Shown here piece by piece: positions 59,577-62,958 of a stretch of 62,958 bases of DNA; the stretch's first letter is position 1, and each line of letters starts with the position of its first letter. The translations under genes and the position numbers were made by a program. Under the pieces are notes generated by a model that worked only from the letters and a program-made list of their open reading frames with translations, was not told where the DNA came from and ran no database searches. The stretch is taken from positions 1 to 62,958 of the forward strand of contig KZ539250.1 of the NCBI GenBank assembly GCA_000934665.2, written 5' to 3'. Source of the stretch: Catajapyx aquilonaris. Taxonomy: Eukaryota.

Positions 59577-62500
59577 CTAGTATTGGCTGTACATCTTCTG
59601 TGGGTGACCAGGGCGACCCTTCTGCTGGGCGCAGCGGGTAGGCAGGTTGACATCGAAGCGGTACTTCTTCTGCTGCTCGGCCGAGTCCTTCCTGGAGTCG
59701 CTGGCGCTGTCGCTGTCGCTCTCCTGGTCGGGACGGAACACGATCTGCAGAAGAGACAATAATTAGGAATGAAGTGAACATGGTTTGTACACATTGCGAT
59801 CAGGTCGTACCTTCTTCTTCTCTGACTGCTTGGCGTAGCATCCCTGGGGGCAGGCCTTCTGGGGCTTGACGGACTTGTAGGTCTTTCCACGGACCTCCTG
59901 GACGATGTACTCCTGGGTCATCTGGCAGTCCTGCTGCTCCTCTGAGCTCTTCCTTCCGTAAGACTGCTGGTGGGACTCCTGGCTCTCCTGGCTCTGCTGA
60001 CGGCTCTCCTGGCTGCTGCGCTGGCTCTCCTGGCTGTGGCGGTTCTCCCAGGCCTTGTGCTGCTTCTGGTGGGGCTTTTTGTGGGAGTAGCGCTCCTTGG
60101 ACTGTCCGTCGAAGGTCTCGCACTGGCGTCCGTCCTCCTTGACGCAGATCTCATCCTTAGCATCCTCATCAGACTCGCTGCTTCCGCTGGCGTCAGCCTT
60201 GCTGCTTGCCTTGCAGGACTCATCTTCGATCAGGTAGGACTGCCCGAAGAGATCCTGGCTATGCATGATACAGTCCTTGGGGCTCTTCAGCTCGGCAACC
60301 TACAAGCGCCACTATTAGAGACAATCCCTGGTCGTTATAAAAACAAGTAGGACTTACATCCTCGCCGTTGAAATCACCGCAGAGGCCGCAGGAGGCGTTA
60401 CGGTAGTAGTTGGACACCATGAGGAGCACCTGCTTGCCGTTCTTAGCCAGAGAAAGATCGAATCCGTATGACCAAGATGGAGAGCTAACGCGGATGGCCT
60501 CGTCCTCGTACTTCTGGGCGATGAGCCAGGTCTGCTTCTCACCTTCGTCACCCATCTCAGCCCACTGTCAAGGTATAGAAGTGATCAGTGAGCTTCTTAC
60601 CTAACCCAGGAAATGTGAGGTCAACCCACCTGGTACACCTGTCCGCGCTGAACATTGACGGTCTGTCCGTTAACCTTCAGTTGCTGTTGGGTAATGGCCA
60701 CCTTGTTCTCTCCAGCCAGGATCTTCAGCTCCTGTCAGGAATAAACCATATGCATTAAGATTACCTGTCATGAAATTAGTGAGGCTACAAACGTACCTTC
60801 TGGTCCTGCTGGTTCTCCTTGACCTGAATAGAGATGTTGCCCTCAGGGGAGCAGTCCATGAAGAGGACATGGTAACAATCGCTGAGGTCATACTCATAGG
60901 TCACGTTGTCCAAGGTAGTGAAGTCATCCTTGTCGATCTTGCACATAGCTGTAGGATATAAATGTAGTTAACATCTGATGTTATACATGGCATTCTCACT
61001 TGACTACATACGTGAGAATTGTCCGTTGTAAGCATATTCCATGCCACGGATGGCAACATCCTCATACAGGTTGATTGGAAGGAAGGCCTGGACGGGCTCG
61101 GGAAGAGGCATATCCTGGAGCTGAACAGTGGTCTTGGGAGTCCTGAGTTCCAGAGACACGTATTCGGAGTCAGGAGTGAAAGAGGCCTCGATGACGAAGG
61201 AGTCCTGTCCGACCTGGTTCCTAGCCTCGAAGTCCTGAGACAGGTAAGAGTAGCCCTGCATCTTGATGAAGTACAGGAACTGCTGGGTCAGGTTGCGTCC
61301 GTATGGGCCAAAGTTCTGGTAGGACACCTCGGCGGTGTAGTCGTCAAGGGTAGCGGCCTGGATGGTGGCGTCGATGCAGCTGTCGGTAAGGTAGTGGCCC
61401 TCACTCTCGTCCTTCTTGCACATCTCAGTCTCTGGGGAGGTCTTGGCGTACTGGGTCATCTCCTGGCTGCGCCTCATGTCAAGCTGTGGAGACCATTTGG
61501 ATTAATATCGTCCTTCGCAGGTCTATTCGGGGAAATGGTCAGAGACTTACATCGACATCGACAGTGGTAGCCTGCTGGTGTCCCTGCTCACGGTACTGAA
61601 CATTAGCCTTGATGGATCCCTTCACGTCCTTCTGCAGCATCTGCTGGCGGCTCAGGTAAGGAACCATGGGGAACTGGCTGGTCAGGTTGAAGGCAATCTT
61701 CCAGGGCTCCTGGTCGACTCCCTGTCTCCAGGTGGACTTGTCGCAAGGCTCGGCCTCAAACTGTGTATAGGGATTGGGTGTTACACATGCTAATCACCAT
61801 GATTACACAAAGGATCTTACCAGTCCCTGGACGCTTCCGTGGTTTCCATAGTCACCCAGAGCGGCACCGACCACCATAGAGTAGTTGGCGATGAGACCAG
61901 CAGCATCCTGGTGGCTGCGCTGCTCCTTCTCCTGGTCGAAGGTGACGATCTTGGCAGTGAAGGCGTAGATGTATCCGCTGTCGATGGTCCTCCACAGGTA
62001 GGGGTAGATGATCTTGGACACGCGGTGGTAGTCGGGGTTGGTGTAGGAGATGTACATCTTGGAGTCGTCCAGAGAGGCGGGCTTGCGATCGTGCTGGCTC
62101 AGGTGGTAGTAGTCGGCGGCGCGTGGGTAGCGCTGGGAGTAGAACTTCTGCTCCTGCCTCTGCTTCTTCTCGAAGCTCCTGGTGCGGGACTCCTGGGACT
62201 CCTGGGATGAGCTGCTGGACTCGCCAGACATGAACTTGGAGATGCTCTTGGGGCCGGTGGTGTAATGGCAGTCGTCCTCCTCGTTATCCTCGTGGCTGTG
62301 AGACTCGGAGAAGCTCTCGCTCAGAAGCTCCTCGGATGAAGAGCTGGAGGAGTTCTCATCGTCGCTGTGCTTGGAAGAGTGGGCCTTCTTGCCACATCCG
62401 GACTTGCGGGCTTGCTCTGTTAAAATCAGAAGCAATAATTATTACCATGAAGAATATTTTGAGACCAGACGTATGAATGAGAGGGAAGCATACCGTAAGC

Positions 62501-62958
62501 GAGGGCAACGGCAACGGACTTGGCCTTGGAGTTCTGGACATCAACAGAGAGACGGAACTGTCCGTAGCGCTGAGAACCGAAAGGTCCAGCATCACCAGTG
62601 ATGACACTAGCAGCAACATCCTGGATAATCTGGTACTGAGTGTAAGGAGACTGGTTCTGGGAGTCAAGCTCCATGGACATGCAACCGTCGAATCCAAGGG
62701 CGTTGGCAACATCCATCTCTTCCTGCAAGAATAATGGTGAATGTGTGTTAGTCACATTGGTACTCCTCAAATTCAGAGACGGTTGTCCTTACCTGAGAGG
62801 GGGAATCGTTGACACGGATCATCTGCTGCTGGTCATCGTCGGAGATGGTCAGATCGGCCAGGTTGTCAACGGCCACGTATGGCTCCTGCTTGACCTGCAG
62901 GAAGGTCAGGTTGGTGGAGGAATACTTCTCGGTGGGAGTGTAGATGATGGAGATTCCC
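59577..62958 (-). CDS. Vitellogenin-like large lipid transfer protein 2 (3' part; the 5' part lies outside the window)
   Basis: Spliced exons with a Ser/Glu-rich linker (SSSSSSEELLSESFSESHSHE), PETEMCKKD..TDSCIDATIQAATLDDY (paralogous to the Vg1 PETKYC..EACLEA region), VWD TTLDNVTY..CGLCGDFNGE, ELKSPKDC and a Cys-containing tail. Stop TAG at 59579-59577. Confidence 0.9.

Noticed and set aside
61019..62210. Long plus-strand ORFs antisense to vitellogenin 2 (and similar shadows over other genes)
   Set aside because: They are expected shadows of GC3-biased coding exons on the opposite strand.

Overview
Eukaryotic genomic DNA: gene-dense, with short GT-AG introns, most consistent with an arthropod (probably a crustacean; this is inference from gene content). 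It carries about 14 spliced protein-coding genes. These are two tandem SLC1/EAAT glutamate transporters, with an antisense Ly6/uPAR (quiver-like) gene nested in an intron of the first; TMEM69, head-to-head with a Krimper-like three-Tudor/CCCH protein; the AP-1 mu subunit; three Tre1/moody-class GPCRs; a TMEM45-like gene; a small KCNE/MinK-like single-pass membrane protein; APPL (BAR-PH-PTB); and two tandem vitellogenin-like genes, the second cut off by the window edge. Introns and intergenic DNA hold many short inverted-repeat (MITE-like) elements, microsatellites and short tandem duplications. The most notable items are the KCNE-like gene, a 6x17-aa His/Asp/Glu repeat ending at a furin site inside vitellogenin 1, the Krimper-like architecture, the nested Ly6 gene, and a probable gene-conversion tract between the EAAT paralogs. 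All family calls come from motif recognition by eye, and exon boundaries were read manually.
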